DNA of 64,000 bases from assembly GCA_013239625.1 (NCBI GenBank), contig MU053911.1, positions 695,590 through 759,589 on the forward strand. The letters are read 5' to 3'. The notes beneath the pieces are model-generated. The model was given only the letters and a program-made list of their open reading frames with translations. It had not been told where the DNA came from and did no database searches. Below, piece after piece: positions 13,301-26,519 of the stretch; position 1 is the first letter of the stretch; each line of letters begins with the position of its first letter. A program made the position numbers and the translations under genes. This stretch comes from Lama guanicoe (taxonomy: Eukaryota).

Positions 13301-14249
13301 ACCAGCCTCCCGCCGCGCGGACTGCTCATCACTGCCCCCTCCTCACGTTCACCTGTCTGGTCAGTGAGCAGGGACCAGCGCTCACTTCCTGTTTTCCCTC
13401 CTGTAACTGTCACCAGTTTCTGCTCCATTAGCAAATTGCCCTCTTGAGTGTCTCCTTCCTGAAGGTTTGTTGCGGGGCGATCTCAGTGGTCTTGACCTTG
13501 GGAAGGCCTCTTGCAAAAGGACGCAGGGCTACAGGCTGCGGTCGTTTAAAAGGACAAAACCAGGCCATGCTAACGATAAGCTGTTATTTTTCCTTTTTTC
13601 TTTTTTTGCTACTTTTATCCTCTGATTCCCTCATAAGAAGAGAAAATTACTTTCCATGGCTCACATTTGTCCTACTTCCTGAACGGTCCATGTGGACGGG
13701 GCGTATTTCTAGAGACAACGCTGCTCAGGGAAGGAAGTGGCCGTGACTGACACACGGTGGGCAGGGCGCGGAGCAGAGCCAGAGGGAGAAGGGACAAGTT
13801 CAGCTGATTTTACGAAGATTTATAAACATGCCTTATTTAACCAGATATCCGCTCTCAAATAGGCGAGGAACTACTGTATGCTTGTGTGTAAACACGCCAC
13901 CTCCTGCTTCTGGGAAGTTGCTGCTTAGAAGACAAGGGTGAGACCGGGCTGCGATTCCGGGAGCCCAGGGCGGCTACAGCTTTCCCCAGACTGAGGCTGG
14001 CTGCCTGGTTTCAGCATGTGCGTTTCTGCAGGGCGTCTCACCTGCTTCCCGCGAGTCCTAGGCCACGCAGGGCTCTCCCCGTAGCCGCGCTGTGAACGGA
14101 GTAAACGTCCTGCAGCTTGGCTCCAAGGCCGTGCCATTCCCGTGGAAAAGCGCGTGTGTCCGGCTTTCCCTCATCTGCCCCCCCGGAGCCGCCGTCTGTG
14201 GGCTAATGTGCATCCGTCGTGAATTTGGGGTTAGAAAAAACTGGAAAGC

Positions 14250-14642
14250 GGATGAAGCGATTAATTAAAGTAAGGCTCCACAGAAAGAGAAAAATACCAT
14301 GCGATATCACTCATGTGTGGAATCTAAACAAGGAAAACAGAAGACACTGATGAACTTATCTACGAAACAGAAATGGACTCACAGACACAGAAAACAGACT
14401 TATGTCCCCGGGGGCAAGGGGGTGGGCAGGGACAAACTGGGAGCTCGAGGTGTGCAGAGACTAACTGCTGTATGTAAAACAGGTAAACAGCAAGGACCTG
14501 CCGTACAGTGCAGGGAGCCATATTCAGTGTCTGCTGGCACTAACCTGTCATGAAAAAGAACGTGTGTGTGTGTGTGTCTGAGTGAACGGCTATGCTGTGC
14601 ACCAGAGACTGACACAGCGTTGTAAACTTCAATTTAAAAAAA
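14250..14642 (+). mobile_element. Diverged L1 3' end
   Basis: cagaaagagaaaaataccatgcgatatcactcatgtgtggaatctaaa ... ttgtaaacttcaatttaaaaaaa. Degenerate TSD-like aaaaaactg(g)aaag on both sides. Confidence 0.85.
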
Positions 14643-14799
14643 CTGAAAGGACAAAGAATGACTTGACCGAATCCACACAGTCAGCCAGTCACAGACACCC
14701 ACAGGCTTTAATCGTACGGCATATAAATAATTATAAATCATTAATTCCTGGCATTACGAGGCTTGTGCAGTAAAATGGAGAAACTGAAACAACCTGAGC

Positions 14800-14990
14800 G
14801 GGCCGAGTCGGGGCTCAGGCCACCCGGCCCTGTCGCTACAGCTGCGGCTCTGGGCAAGTCGCTCCCCACCCTTCCTCCGCTTCCTCCCTCACTGTCCTCA
14901 TCTGTGAGGGGTGTGGGGCGGTGTCAGGGACCTCAGCGACCTCACGGGGTCGCCTTGAGGATGAAATGAGCTCGCACATCGCAGGAAGAG
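14800..14990 (+). mobile_element. MIR relic
   Basis: Core motifs gctgcggctctgggcaagtcgct, cctcatctgt, gaggatgaaatgag. Confidence 0.6.
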
Positions 14991-17900
14991 CCGCGTGGCC
15001 CCGGGTCCAGCCCTCGCCGGAGTGCGCTGCGTGCGCTCACTCCGTTCCCACTCAAGCCCTGGGGGGCCCCACTGTCCTCCCACTGAACAGACGACAGACT
15101 GAAGCCTTGGGGAAGTCGGCGCTGAGAGGACCGGCCAACCTCGGCTGCCGGTGCTGTCCTGGCCGTGAGTCACGGCGACTTTCTTGCAGGCTGGGCTTCA
15201 GAGGGGTTTGAGCACTTTGTGGCCCCTGCAGTCCAGCCAGGGCAGCGGCCAAGCCAGGAAATGGAAACCACTTTTTCTTTTAATCTCACCTGAAAAAAAG
15301 TCTGCAGCCCAAAGAAAACCACAAACAGCAATGCAAAGCCGAATGAAAGTAACAGTGGCGTTACCGGCTCCTTGGGATGGTCTCCACGCTGCTGCCTTTG
15401 ATGGTGGGAATAACAGAAAGTAGAGGAGAAAACTTCTTTTCCCCACTCGCCCGTGAGAATCACGAAGATTCCAGTATGTTCTTACAGGGCGGTCATTCAC
15501 AAAACACGTGACAGTCCACACATTCCTTTTCTCCTGAAATGCTCTCGGGACCCTTGATGGCTCTTTAAGGACCCGCACAAGCCCCCTCCGCTCACACAGG
15601 CCGGCCGGCGCCCTCACCCCGAGAATGTCGCTGCTGGGCGAGGACTGGCCAGTCGCAGGGAGGGCGGGTCAGAGAGAGGCGCTGTTCTGTAGGGCTGCCT
15701 GCCCTCCCCACCGCCTTTTATTTTGACATCTGGGGCTGTAACCCAGAGTGCACACAGATTGGAGGTGCCATCTCATGCCAGCTGTGAGACAGGGAACAAC
15801 AGAACCTGAGTGCAGACACACCGTCATTTGTCTGTCGTGACACTTCCAGAGGGAAGATGCCGCGGCCAAATCAAACAGCCGCTTTTGCACAGAGGGTTTT
15901 CCTTTGCCACTCAGGCTGTCCGCACCTCTGACTGGGGGGTTTCACAAGCTGCAAAACTTCATTTCTTGCAAGAGCACTAACCTGCTTTCCCACAAATGGG
16001 TAAATGTGGCTCTGAATGCAGGCTGTGACTTAGAAACTGTTGGAACCCCAGAAAAAGAAAGACACCAACTCCAATGCAAAAGCTGAGGCCGTCGGTTGCC
16101 AAATGGTGCCACCAGCCTCGGTTTAATTTAGTGGCTGTCACGATTTAATGGATTAAGTTGTAACATAGCAATTATTTTAACTTTTCAAAGAATGACCAAT
16201 TTCTAATAATTTACCCATATACTGATCACTTAAATGTATTGAGCACCTACTGTATGCCAGGGAGATGGCTCCCTACTTTACACGGTGTCTTGTTCAATCT
16301 CTAAAAAATAAGCCCACGAGGCTTGGAGGGCCAAAGTGTGCTGCCTGCGTCGCACAACAAGGACGCGGCAGAGCAGCATCTGGACGAGCGGCCACACCCT
16401 CCAGCCTGCCCACGCTCCCAGCACAGGGCACACAGCTCCCGAGGGCTCTGCTCACAGCCCGGGGTGCCCGTCATCAGGCGCGATGCAACGCAGTCTCACC
16501 GTGGCTGCCGAGAAGCAGCATTTTAAGTGTTTGAAATTTCAAAACACTGTATCAAATGCATTTCTGCAAAATTCCCACTTTTTAGTTCCGGCCAGTGTAA
16601 AATGTTTGTTCATCTGAAAGTTGGAAAAGTAAAAAGATTCTCTATGGGGAGGGTGGTCTGAAAAGCTGGCGGCTGATTGCACAGCTGAAGTTGGAGCAGA
16701 CATGCTGACACTTCTGTGTTCTTAGAAACTGGGTGGAGAATCACAAGTGTGAATTTAAAATAAGTGTTCTTCATTTTAATGCCTTTTATGACATGTCAGA
16801 AAACCACCCTGGGTCCTACACTCCAACTTTTTAATTGAGCAACAAAGTACATATTCACTGAGTGTAGTTCACATCTCACCACAAGATGACCTTTGGTGAC
16901 TCAAACCTTCTGAAAACCCTCAGGTTTGCGATTGTTGTGTCATCCCGCGCCTGGCATCTTTAAAGGGAAATAATTTTTAAAGTTTAGTTTCCAGCGAGAA
17001 TAGGATTGGCAGGTAAAGACGACAAGTTTCAAGGGCAGGACAGTGTCTGGATCGGCCCCGCGGGAAGGGGCCACAGTGCACCTGAGGGCGTCCGCCCAGG
17101 GTGTGAGGAGCTTCCAAGTTGGAGTGGAACACAAGTCGTATTACTGTGAAGGCACAGCAGCGCCACAGCTCTATGAAACTGTCATTTTTGCAAAAATCAT
17201 GGACATTTTGAAAGAAAATCAACAGGTTATTTACAGCTAAATGAGAGGGGTCTTGATTCAGTCAAAGAGCGCGCAAATCAAACAAAAATGTTTTCAGTGC
17301 TTGAGGCTTGTTTGATGACCAGGCTCAGCATTACCCTGAAAGACGATGCTTACAAAATGAGAGAAAATTAGGGAACGTCCTATTCTTCAGATGTGAGAAA
17401 ATGTCTCTTTTTGATGAAAAGGGACAGCACAACTGAAGAAGAAAAAAGTTACTCCCCTCAAATGACACTGCCAAGTAACGCAGTTTCAGGAGCCCAAACA
17501 CCATAACTGAATTGGTTGAGAGACTTTAGGTTCTTAGGTAATTAACTCACACTATATTTTAGATTTTTTCGCTATATTTATAGTGATTTTTCTCTGTGAA
17601 GATATGTTCATTGGAATGTTTATCATTTATCTTTTTTTAATTTTAACAAGAAGCATATTTATGGGAGTTATTTGTCAGTCTAGATTTGCTTGATGGCAAT
17701 ATTGAAAAATATTGAAATGCTGAATATTGAAAACTGAAGCAGTACCACTGGCTGGAAGAGCCGGCAGGCGTCTGTGTGGAGAGGGAGCGGTCTGCAGGTG
17801 GCTGAGGCGCGAGTCATCGTGCACCGAGCCCGTGGAAACCCTGTCCTGCCAGGAGCCACCGCGTCACCCGGCAAGAACACCTCCTCACAGTGCCACCCGT

Positions 17901-18890
17901 GATGCCACACAGGGCATCTGCTCAGGTGGTAAAAGCGTTAGATGTTCTGAAAGGCTAACAAATTCTGGTCTCACTATTTGTTCATTAGAAAATCTGGATT
18001 TAAGTGGAAATGCACTCCATAGACCTACCGTGGTGCAGTCGGGGGAGATGCCGACCAGAAGGCTGGCGCTCAGATGCCACTGTTATTTTTCTTGATGAGA
18101 ATGGGAAGGCAATGGGAAGGTTGTAAAAGGATGAGTCCTGGCAAACAGCTGTGTTGACCCCGAGTTGGCTTACTTGCTACCTGTGTTCTTAAGACTGAAT
18201 GTCCCAAGTCAAGGCAAACCTTACGGGCGCGTTAACCTCCCATGAAGACTGCTGCAGGGAACCACGGCTGGGTGAAAAATTTGACCTTGGAGACACTTAA
18301 TTCGATGTGTGTTAAAGTATATGTGGTAATTTTTTTTTAAAAATCTTTCATCAAGAGAAAGAGTTTGAATGAGTATTTCCCAGACTCTGAATTAGAATCT
18401 GATCCATGTGTCAGAGAGCCTCACACTGAAGACCCCTGGAGTCAACTGTGTGGCACAAGGGACCTAAGAGATACCTTAATGAATTTCCTCCGCAGCGGCG
18501 CCAAACATCAGGAGGCACAAACCTTACACGCCCTCAGGGTGACATAAATTAGTGAGCCTGAGGCCGGCGAGGATGCCTGTCTGACGGCTTTTATTTTCCT
18601 TTTGTGGGGGAGGGGCTGGATTCTGTCCTCAGGTCACCGGTATGGGACCCCCTCCCGCTCCAATACGTCCCTAGCCGGGCAGGATTTGGGGCACTCCTCA
18701 GTCGTTATTCTGATGTTACTTAGAAGCGATCAGAAAATGACATTTACATGCCGATGACGTGAGTCGGGGTCCTCACAACGTGTGACGTCCAAATGGGACC
18801 AAATCTTATTACTCAAAATTATCTTTACGTGATGTGGGATAATTTTCTGAAATGACAAACAAGATTTACATTGAAATGCATTGTCTTTTA

Positions 18891-19011
18891 GGGGGGACGT
18901 TAATTAGGGTTACTTATTTATCTATTTTTCGAGGAGGTGCTGGGGATCGAACCTGGGAGCTTGTGTGTGCTGAGCATGGCTCCACCACTGAGCTGTACCC
19001 TCCCCTGCCCC
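18891..19011 (-). mobile_element. tRNA-derived SINE, camelid Vic-1-like
   Basis: Minus strand reads GGGGAGGGTACAGCTCAGTGGTGG (A box) ... GGTTCGATCCCCAGCACC (B box), AT-rich tail, then CCTAATTAACGTCCCCCC. Flanked by an 18-bp TSD with 2 mismatches (18873-18890, 19012-19029). Confidence 0.9.
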
Positions 19012-19587
19012 GAAGTGCACTGTCTTTTAAAACGGCATTTAAATAAATTTTAATTCAAATCAGCCATTGTTCACCCATTATCCAAGAAAAGAATTTGTTT
19101 TGTTTTAGTTTGAAGGTAAATAATGTGAAATGTTCTTACCGTGAAAGGGGGTCCTGTAATAAAACGCTGTGCCACTTCCTTTGAAGAATAAATCAAAGTG
19201 TATTTACTATCAATCAACAGTAAAAGAACTCGTCACCTGGCCCCAAGAATTCTCTTTTGATGGGCTGCCACCAGAGAATGACTTAAAGTGTAGAATCTGT
19301 ACTGAAATCGTTCCTGATGGGCGCTTTATACAGGCTAATCTTACCTCACTCCATCGTTTGTGGACACAGACACATCTGGAATCTGATTATAATTGCACTC
19401 TTCTCAGTTGCCCGCTTTCTTTCCAACACCTTCATTCTTATACCCTCTTGACTAAGTTAACATCCGCGTTAAAATACAATCCCAATTCCATTCAGCATAA
19501 TGGTTTCAATTGTTTTTCTTGTCTTATTTACTTACATGAAATTTCCATGACTACTTGATTTTTTTAAATTCCCACTTTGAATACCCA

Positions 19588-19856
19588 GTGCCTGTGTGTG
19601 TGTCACTGTGTGTCTGTGTCTGTGTGTCTGACTTTGTGTCTGTTTGTGTCTGTGCATCTGTCTGTGTGTGTATGTGTGTCTGTGTGTCTGTATCTGTGTG
19701 TCTGTGTCTGTGTGTCTGTATGTCTGTCTGTGTTTGTGTCTGTGTCTGTGTGTCTGTCCGTCTGTGTCTGTCTGTGTCTGTGTCTGTGTGTATCTGTGTG
19801 TCTGTATCTGTGTGTTTTTGTCTGTGTGTCTGTCTGTGTGTGTGTCTGTGTGTGTG
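19588..19856. repeat. Imperfect (TG)n/(TGTGTC)n microsatellite, ~270 bp
   Basis: Direct reading; explains the low-complexity overlapping ORFs here. Confidence 0.95.
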
Positions 19857-20259
19857 CACGTGATTTTCACTATCATACATCTGTCAAGTCAGTCCCAACT
19901 TTTATTTGACAAAAATGAAAGGGAGAAATCATTCAACAGTTCATATTATTTAGTTACTGGTCATTTTCATTTAAATCTTAAATCTTAGGCAACATGATGC
20001 ATGGTAAAAATGATGGTTTACTGAAATAACTGGGTCTGTTTACCCAGACGCAGAGTCACTGCATTCTGAATGCGATGTTTGATCAGGCAGATGGGTGGAA
20101 ACCCTCCTGTTTGCAGAGGGGTTATTGCCTCGGGGGCTGGTCCTGCCTCCACCGCGCAGCTTTGTTCAGGAAGAGCCGGAAGTCTCGGTCAGACCTGCCT
20201 TCTCTTTAAAATAATAAACATATGATTTTATATTGATTACTCCCTTTTTAATTTAGGGG

Positions 20260-20750
20260 AATTATTGCATATATTTGCTGCCTAAAAAATAGACTGTTTA
20301 GTTTCACAGAATGTCATCAAAGTGTATGTTGTTTTTTGAGACTTGCTTTATTGATTCAACAGAATGACACTAATAATTATCCATGCTCTCGCTTGTCCCT
20401 GAAAGTGTTCCACTGTGAAAGGTACCACAATTTATATATTGTCTGTCAACGACACCTGAGTGATTTCCACTTTTGGGGTTTTTGTTTGTTCGTTTACAGT
20501 TAGTGCTGTTTTGTGCGGGTTTCGTGGAGCACATCTGACAAAGTTTTCCTTGGGGAATTTGAGCTTCGGAGTGAAATTGATAGATTATCAAGAATGCAAA
20601 ATTCAGCCCTACATTGTTTTCCAAGTGGTTGCACCAGTTGATAAACTCCCACCACCAATACTGAAGAAATTCTTGACATGCATTCTGTCCCACATTTCAC
20701 TTTGTCAGACAGTTTCATTTTTGTTACTCGGAAGTAAAATTGAGGCCTAT
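20260..20750 (-). mobile_element. Ancient L1M fragment (antisense), resuming at ~21654-21720
   Basis: Decayed motifs (gtaccacaattta; attgttttccaagtggttgcaccagtt; ctcccacca). The continuation tctcatttgcatttcc...gaggctgagca lies right after the younger L1. Confidence 0.65.
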
Positions 20751-21652
20751 AAATGACCAGTAGGCATATGAAAAAAGGCTCAATATCGCTAATTATCAGA
20801 GAAATGCAAATCAAAACTGCAATGAGTTATCACCTGACACCAGTCAGAATGGCCATCATTCAAAAATCCACAAACAATAAATGCTGGTGAGGGTGTGGAG
20901 AAAAGGGAACCCTCCTACACTACTGGTGGGAATGCAGTTTGGTGCAGCCATTGTGCAAAACAGTATGGAGATGCCTCAAAAAACTGAAAATAGACTTATC
21001 ATATGATCCAGCAATTCCACTCCTGGGTATCTATCCAGAGGGAACGCTAATGCAAAAAGCTACATGCACCCCAGTATTCATAGCAGCACTATTTACAACA
21101 GCCAAGACATGGACACAAGCCTAAATGTCTGTCAATAGATGACCGGATAAAGAAACTGTGGTATATTTATACAATGGAATACTATTCAGCCATAAAAATG
21201 AATAAAATAATTCCACTTGCAGCAACATGGATGGATCTGGAGATCATCATTCTAGGTGAAGTAAGCCAGAAAGAGAAAGAAAAATACTATATGATGTCAC
21301 TCATATGTGGAATCTAAAAAAAAAGAAAAGAAAAAGAGGACACTAATGAACTCATCTACAAATCAGATACCGACTTGCAGACATAGACAATCTTATGGTT
21401 ACTGAGAAAAGGGACTGGGAAAGGTTATATTTGGGAGTTTGAGATTTGCAAATGTTAGCCACTACATAAAAAAACAGATAAAAAACCAAATTTCTTCTGT
21501 ACAGCACAGGGAACTATAGTTAATGTCTTGTAATAACCTTTAATGAAAAAGAACATGAAAATGAATATATGTATATGAATGCATGACTGGGACCTGATGC
21601 CGGACACCAGAAACAGACACGTTGTAACTGACTGTACTTCAATTAAAAAACA
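20751..21652 (+). mobile_element. 5'-truncated L1 (ORF2 C-terminal remnant plus 3'UTR)
   Basis: ORF 20939-21124 ([32 protein letters not shown]) is the L1 ORF2 C-terminal motif; 3'UTR and A tail follow. Confidence 0.95.
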
Positions 21653-21794
21653 ACGCTGTCTCATTTGCATTTCCATTATTGTTAGTGAGGCTGAGCAGCC
21701 CCGGGGTGTTTGGCCGTTGTGCTCCTCGTAGGGGAAATGCCTGCTTAGACCTTCCGCCTGTTTTCGTATTCACTCCGTTGTTGCTTGTTAGTCA

Positions 21795-21890
21795 CAGTGG
21801 GCCCCTGAGAAACACAGGTTTGAGCACGGTGGGCGCACTTACATGTGGATTTTCCCACAATAAACGCTGAAGTGCTACAGAATCCACAAT
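21795..21890 (+). mobile_element. Tigger2-family (TcMar) DNA transposon terminal fragment
   Basis: cagtgggcccctgagaaacacaggtttgagc...cacttacatgtggatttt resembles the remembered Tigger2 end CAGTTGACCCTTGAACAACACGGGTTTGAAC. Confidence 0.65.
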
Positions 21891-22026
21891 TTTTTTTAAT
21901 CTTTGGATGCTCTTTAGCTAAATAAATAAAAATCTCCTTTAGCTTAAGGGACGCGGTCGTCATTAGTGACGGTGCTGAGAGTGCTGGGGCCAGGAGCTGG
22001 ATGGGAAACGGTCCAGCTATAGTAGG

Positions 22027-22460
22027 TGTTGTGTGGGGGACTTGGTGATGCACCCAGACCCCCGTCAGCTATAAAGGACTTATCACTCCAGCTGCTGGGA
22101 GGGCTGCCAGCACACGGCCCTCAGTTATCAATCCCCTTTGGAGTTTGCTTCAGCTGCAGAAAAAGCCACCTCGCCTGAGGCTATGTCCCTATTCCCATGT
22201 CAACCTGCATCCAATGACTGATCGACATAAAGCCCTGGTCCTCTGGATCCAGCTGCTCACAGCTGTAAGGGTGTGGCGCATCCTCAGAACTCCTTCCAGG
22301 GCTGGCTGGGGTGGTCCTGAGGCCGCACTGCGCTTAGCTCCCCCACTCCCGCGGCATCTGCTTCTGCCCCTTCCCTTCTGCAGGTGTAGATCCCAGGAGT
22401 GCCTGGTAATAAAGCAACGGCTTGCCAATTTCTCTGCGAGCATCTGCTTCCGATGCAGAA
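22027..22460 (+). mobile_element. Ancient ERVL LTR (LTR16-like)
   Basis: Motifs ccagctgctgggag, ggccctcag, cagctgcaga, gcatccaatgactga, AATAAA near 22408, catctgcttcc. Confidence 0.7.
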
Positions 22461-22699
22461 GTGGAAGACGGTCTCACTGCAGGTGAGCCCTGTTAATGGG
22501 AGAGAGCAAGGAAATTGAAATGATGGTCGAAGACGACTATTTCAAGATGTTTGGCCACGGAGGAAAGTAAGAGAACTGAAAGGGGTGGTGACAGAATTTC
22601 CTGCCTCTCTATTTTTATTTGAGACATGCTTACATTTCATTAAGCAGATACACAAAGAGACACTTTCTTTAAGAAATACCTAAAAATGCTGGTGGGAAA

Positions 22700-23800
22700 T
22701 GTGTTGAACATCTTCTGACATGACAAAGAGCAAAAAAGTGAAGAGAACTCTCGAGGGTGAAAAACAGCAGGAAAAAGCTTCAAGGACATAACGAGAAGGA
22801 GCAGCAGCAGCGCAAGCTCCTGAGCCGACAGTCACCCTGAGGGGCCTGCCAGCCCCTGGTGCTCCTGGACCTCTGGGGCTGATGGGCTGGATGTGAAGAC
22901 AGGAAAGTGTAGGACCTCCTTAAGAGGCCACATCTGCTCGAGACCCCCGCACAAAGCCGGGACCACCAAAGAGGACTCTCACAGCGCAGTGGAACCCCCG
23001 AAGGACAACAGCCACAGAGCCTGTCCCCAGAGGGGCAGAGGTGCACCCAGCTCAGCCGTGGTCTGGCTGTCGGGGGAGGAGCTGCAGCGTCTACTCACAG
23101 AGGTTTGGGGCCAGATTTTACACCATCTCCGTAGCCTCCCCAGATTTCAGGCTAAGAATTTAATATACAAGATCTTTGTGTAGCACTTGGCTGATACACA
23201 CCCAAATTCTCTTTAACACCTTAAACCCTGGCCTTCAGATCTCACAAATACAATTGAAATGGTTAAATGCGTTTTTAAACATCACTTAATTCATTGAAAA
23301 TACTATGAAAAAGAATCAGCAGAAACAACACAATGGTTCCAGAAATACTATAGATTCTTTAATGGTCAGTTATTAAATATAAAATAAGTATGTCTAACAC
23401 TTTGTAGAAAAATAAAGTAGTATATTGAAGGTGTGGCCAAAATTGAAAGATGGTTATCTTTATAAAGGATAAAATGGGTCTGGAAGTCTAGAAATGACAT
23501 AGGAATTTCAAAAATGATGGCTATAGTCACTGAAAATTGGATATGCAATGGGTCGTTTAAAGAACAAAAGTCAGTGAAGGTTTAATAAGTTAAAAGATTT
23601 AAATGAATAAACCAAAAGACAGATAATGCTGTAATTAAGGAAGAAGAAAAATCTTCAAAGAAAAAATAATGATGGCATTTTCCAAACAAAAATGCTGATG
23701 TTTCTAAAACACAGATTCACAAAGGAAATTCTAAGGGATATTCTCCAGGAAGAGAGAGAAGCTAGTATGTGTGGAAACCCAGTCAGACAATGGCTGCGGA
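22700..23800 (+). mobile_element. Possible ancient L1/HAL1 5'-ORF1 relic
   Basis: GC-rich leader followed by strongly A-biased decayed sequence with ORF1-like motifs. No open frame. Confidence 0.35.
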
Positions 23801-25724
23801 GATAGCAAGCACCGTGGTAAACGACACGTTTTATAGAATCTAATAAAACAAGGTAGCGTTTAGAACGCTGCATTAACGCGTGGGAGGGACATGATCCCAC
23901 CGACGTGTCCGGCGCTGACGTTCCTAGAACACTCGTCAAATAAACGTGGCTAGCTGACAGACACCTCCTAGGGAACAAGCCGGAGTTCTCGGAGCCTAAG
24001 TGTCTCCTCGTTGCCCCTATGAGGCATTATTTTGTGCATTATGTATATAACGTATAAAGGTTTCTTTACCTCGCAATCAAAACATGTGTTTTTAAGTGAG
24101 TTCAACATTTTCACTAATTTTTTAAATTGATGCTTAACTTTACCTCACATTTGGCCAGACTTTTTCAACCTTCAAAACACAAGGCTATTCGCTTCAAACA
24201 GCCAGCGTCGGTGGCTCAAAGCGCCCGTGGAGAAGTTGACTCTTACGGAAGCTCATGGGTTTTGTCCAACTTGTTTAGGCACCCATAGATCGTAAAATCG
24301 GCTCAGGATCGATTTTGATTTGCCTAAGAAGCAGCTTGTGAACCTGGGGGGTCCTAAAGCAGTGTCATTCTGTTGGAACAAAGGCAGTGAAGGTGGGAGT
24401 GGGGAGGAAGGGGCAGACCTTCTCAAAGCTTTGATCAAGGTTTTCAAAGCTGATGATGAGGAATGGACCGGGACCAGCTCACTTCAGCACGAGTCTGCAG
24501 GGCTGCCTGACGTGGGCCCCAGTCTGCTGTATTTGCTTCGGGAAGCTCTTGTTTTTCTTCCACAGGAAAACCGCTGCCAAGATGCCAGTGTCCCCACTGA
24601 CTTATTTGGCAGCAAGTAGGTCTGTGGCCTCAGACGTGAACCCACGAGAGGGGCTCCCCAAGTTGGCAGGGCCCGTGTGTGCCTTCTGGGTCAGCTCCCT
24701 GACAGGCGCCACGGGCGTCTTCCCGGGGGAGTGCTGTCACACAGGACAGCGCGACAGTACTTGGGGCTGGAGTGCCGTGGGACCCGAGCGCTGAGGCTAA
24801 ATTCTATGTTGCTAAACGCGCGTAGGGGAGGCCACAGGACGGTTTCAGGAGCTGTTATGGCAACACCACTTCCGTTTTCATCTGTGATACCGAAGCATCT
24901 ATTGTCCGGTAAGCACAAAAGCTCAGGCCGGTACCGAGTACTGGGCTTCAAAGAGCGGCCAGAACCACGGAGCAGACTGAAGAGCTTAGTACCAGTCGTT
25001 TAAAACTACAAATCTGAAGCTTCCAGTGCAGATCAGGCTTTGTTTAAGAGGGAGACTGGGAGGAGGGGTTCCGTGAAAGCAGAAAAGGACACTGGGCACC
25101 TTTCTTTTCCCCACTGCCACCTCCGCCTTCTCCCTGGACCAGGGCCGGCAGCTGCCTGGAGCCCCGGGCACAGGCCAGCTCTGCTCTCCCTGCAGAGCCC
25201 CCTCCAGGACCCCGGGGACAGGAGTGCAGGCTAAACGCGGCTCAGGTTTGTGCCTCTGAGCCAAATAATTGGTGAGTTTGGCCAAGACTCAAGTTCATTC
25301 TGAAGCATTAAATCAGTGTTGCAGGCTTGGTTCCAACATTAGAACAGCCCGAGCAGTGAACTGCGAAGCTGTCACCTTCCTCCTCCTGTCATCAATCTAA
25401 CCTAGGTGACAGAAGCAGAGCAGTGCCAGGGCCTGGCCAGACGGCAGAAATCAGCCAGAGAATCAGAACAGTAAATTTCATTGTTCGCAACTCCTCTGAG
25501 CAAAGAGGCGGTGCTGAGGAAGGAACGGAATTCGCCCAACAAAGGAGACACTCGGAGGAGAAAGGAGTAGCCGTTTCAGTGCAAAATGAGAGAACTGGGG
25601 CGAGAACAGAAACAGGAGGAATCTTAGCACACCCCAAATTAGGCTGGGCTGTCAGAGACGTTTCACAGAAGGGTCTGAATCTGAAAAAAAAAAATTAACG
25701 AGGAAGAGGAAAAGGAAGAGACAG

Positions 25725-25870
25725 GAAACAATTGGGGCGAAAGCGCGCTGCGGCCGGACGCCTGAAGAGACGCCCCCAGGAGGACGAAGGGCCCCGGGGG
25801 AGGCGGGCGGCGCCGGAGGGGATGCGGGCTGCGCGCAGCGGCCCGAGGAGGAGCTCCGAGCCAGAGACAC
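25725..25870. promoter_or_regulatory. Small CpG-dense patch with a CCAAT box and GC boxes
   Basis: Very high GC and CpG density, ATTGG at 25731, GGCGGGCGG near 25802. Confidence 0.4.
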
Positions 25871-26519
25871 CAACCCTTCAGGTTTTAAACACAAAAGCAA
25901 TGATGTTATTACTTGGAGAAACTGTCATGTGTTAAACAGGGAAATGGCTCTCACTTCACCAGAGATGACACTGGAGTGTTTCGAGGGGGGCTGACTGCGA
26001 ATTACACCCTCCAGGTCCAGACAGTTGTGGGACACAGAATCACGACCTCCAGCACGTCGCTCACAGGCCTAGGAGAACACTCAGCTGACTGAGAACGTGC
26101 GTGGCTACAGGGCGCACACGAGGAGGTGCGAGTGCTCGGTGTCGCACTCCCTTTGTGCGAATCATAAGCCGGACTGCCTCGATCGTGGTGCCACCGGCCT
26201 CCACTTAGGCCCGCGTGTGAGACGGTTTACTCCTGCTGACGCTTGCTGCTGAATGGAAGTTGGCCTGAGGGACAGGGGGACGGCTGGAGACGCCTGTGAG
26301 GGCGGGAAGGAGGGGCACGATGGCCCAGCGCCCTTCCCTTCAAGCTGCCGGAAGCAAGATGAGCCGCGACACTGAAGTGAAGGCCAGCAACACGCAGCAC
26401 GCGGCGTCCTCCGTGCCATCGCTCTGTCTAACACGACGCGGTTACACATTTTATCTTTATGGGATAACAGACATTAAATCAGGCCCTTCCCCTTTTCTCC
26501 ATCTAAAAGTTCATATGAT

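Noticed and set aside
18930..19005. tRNA gene
   Set aside because: It has A and B boxes but also a SINE tail and TSD, so it is a tRNA-derived retroposon.
19532..19988. Five overlapping 100+ aa ORFs (Cys/Val-rich or Thr/His-rich)
   Set aside because: Artefacts of the TG-rich microsatellite.
24320..24619. 99-aa ORF with protein-like composition
   Set aside because: Non-ATG start, no recognisable family and no convincing splice context.
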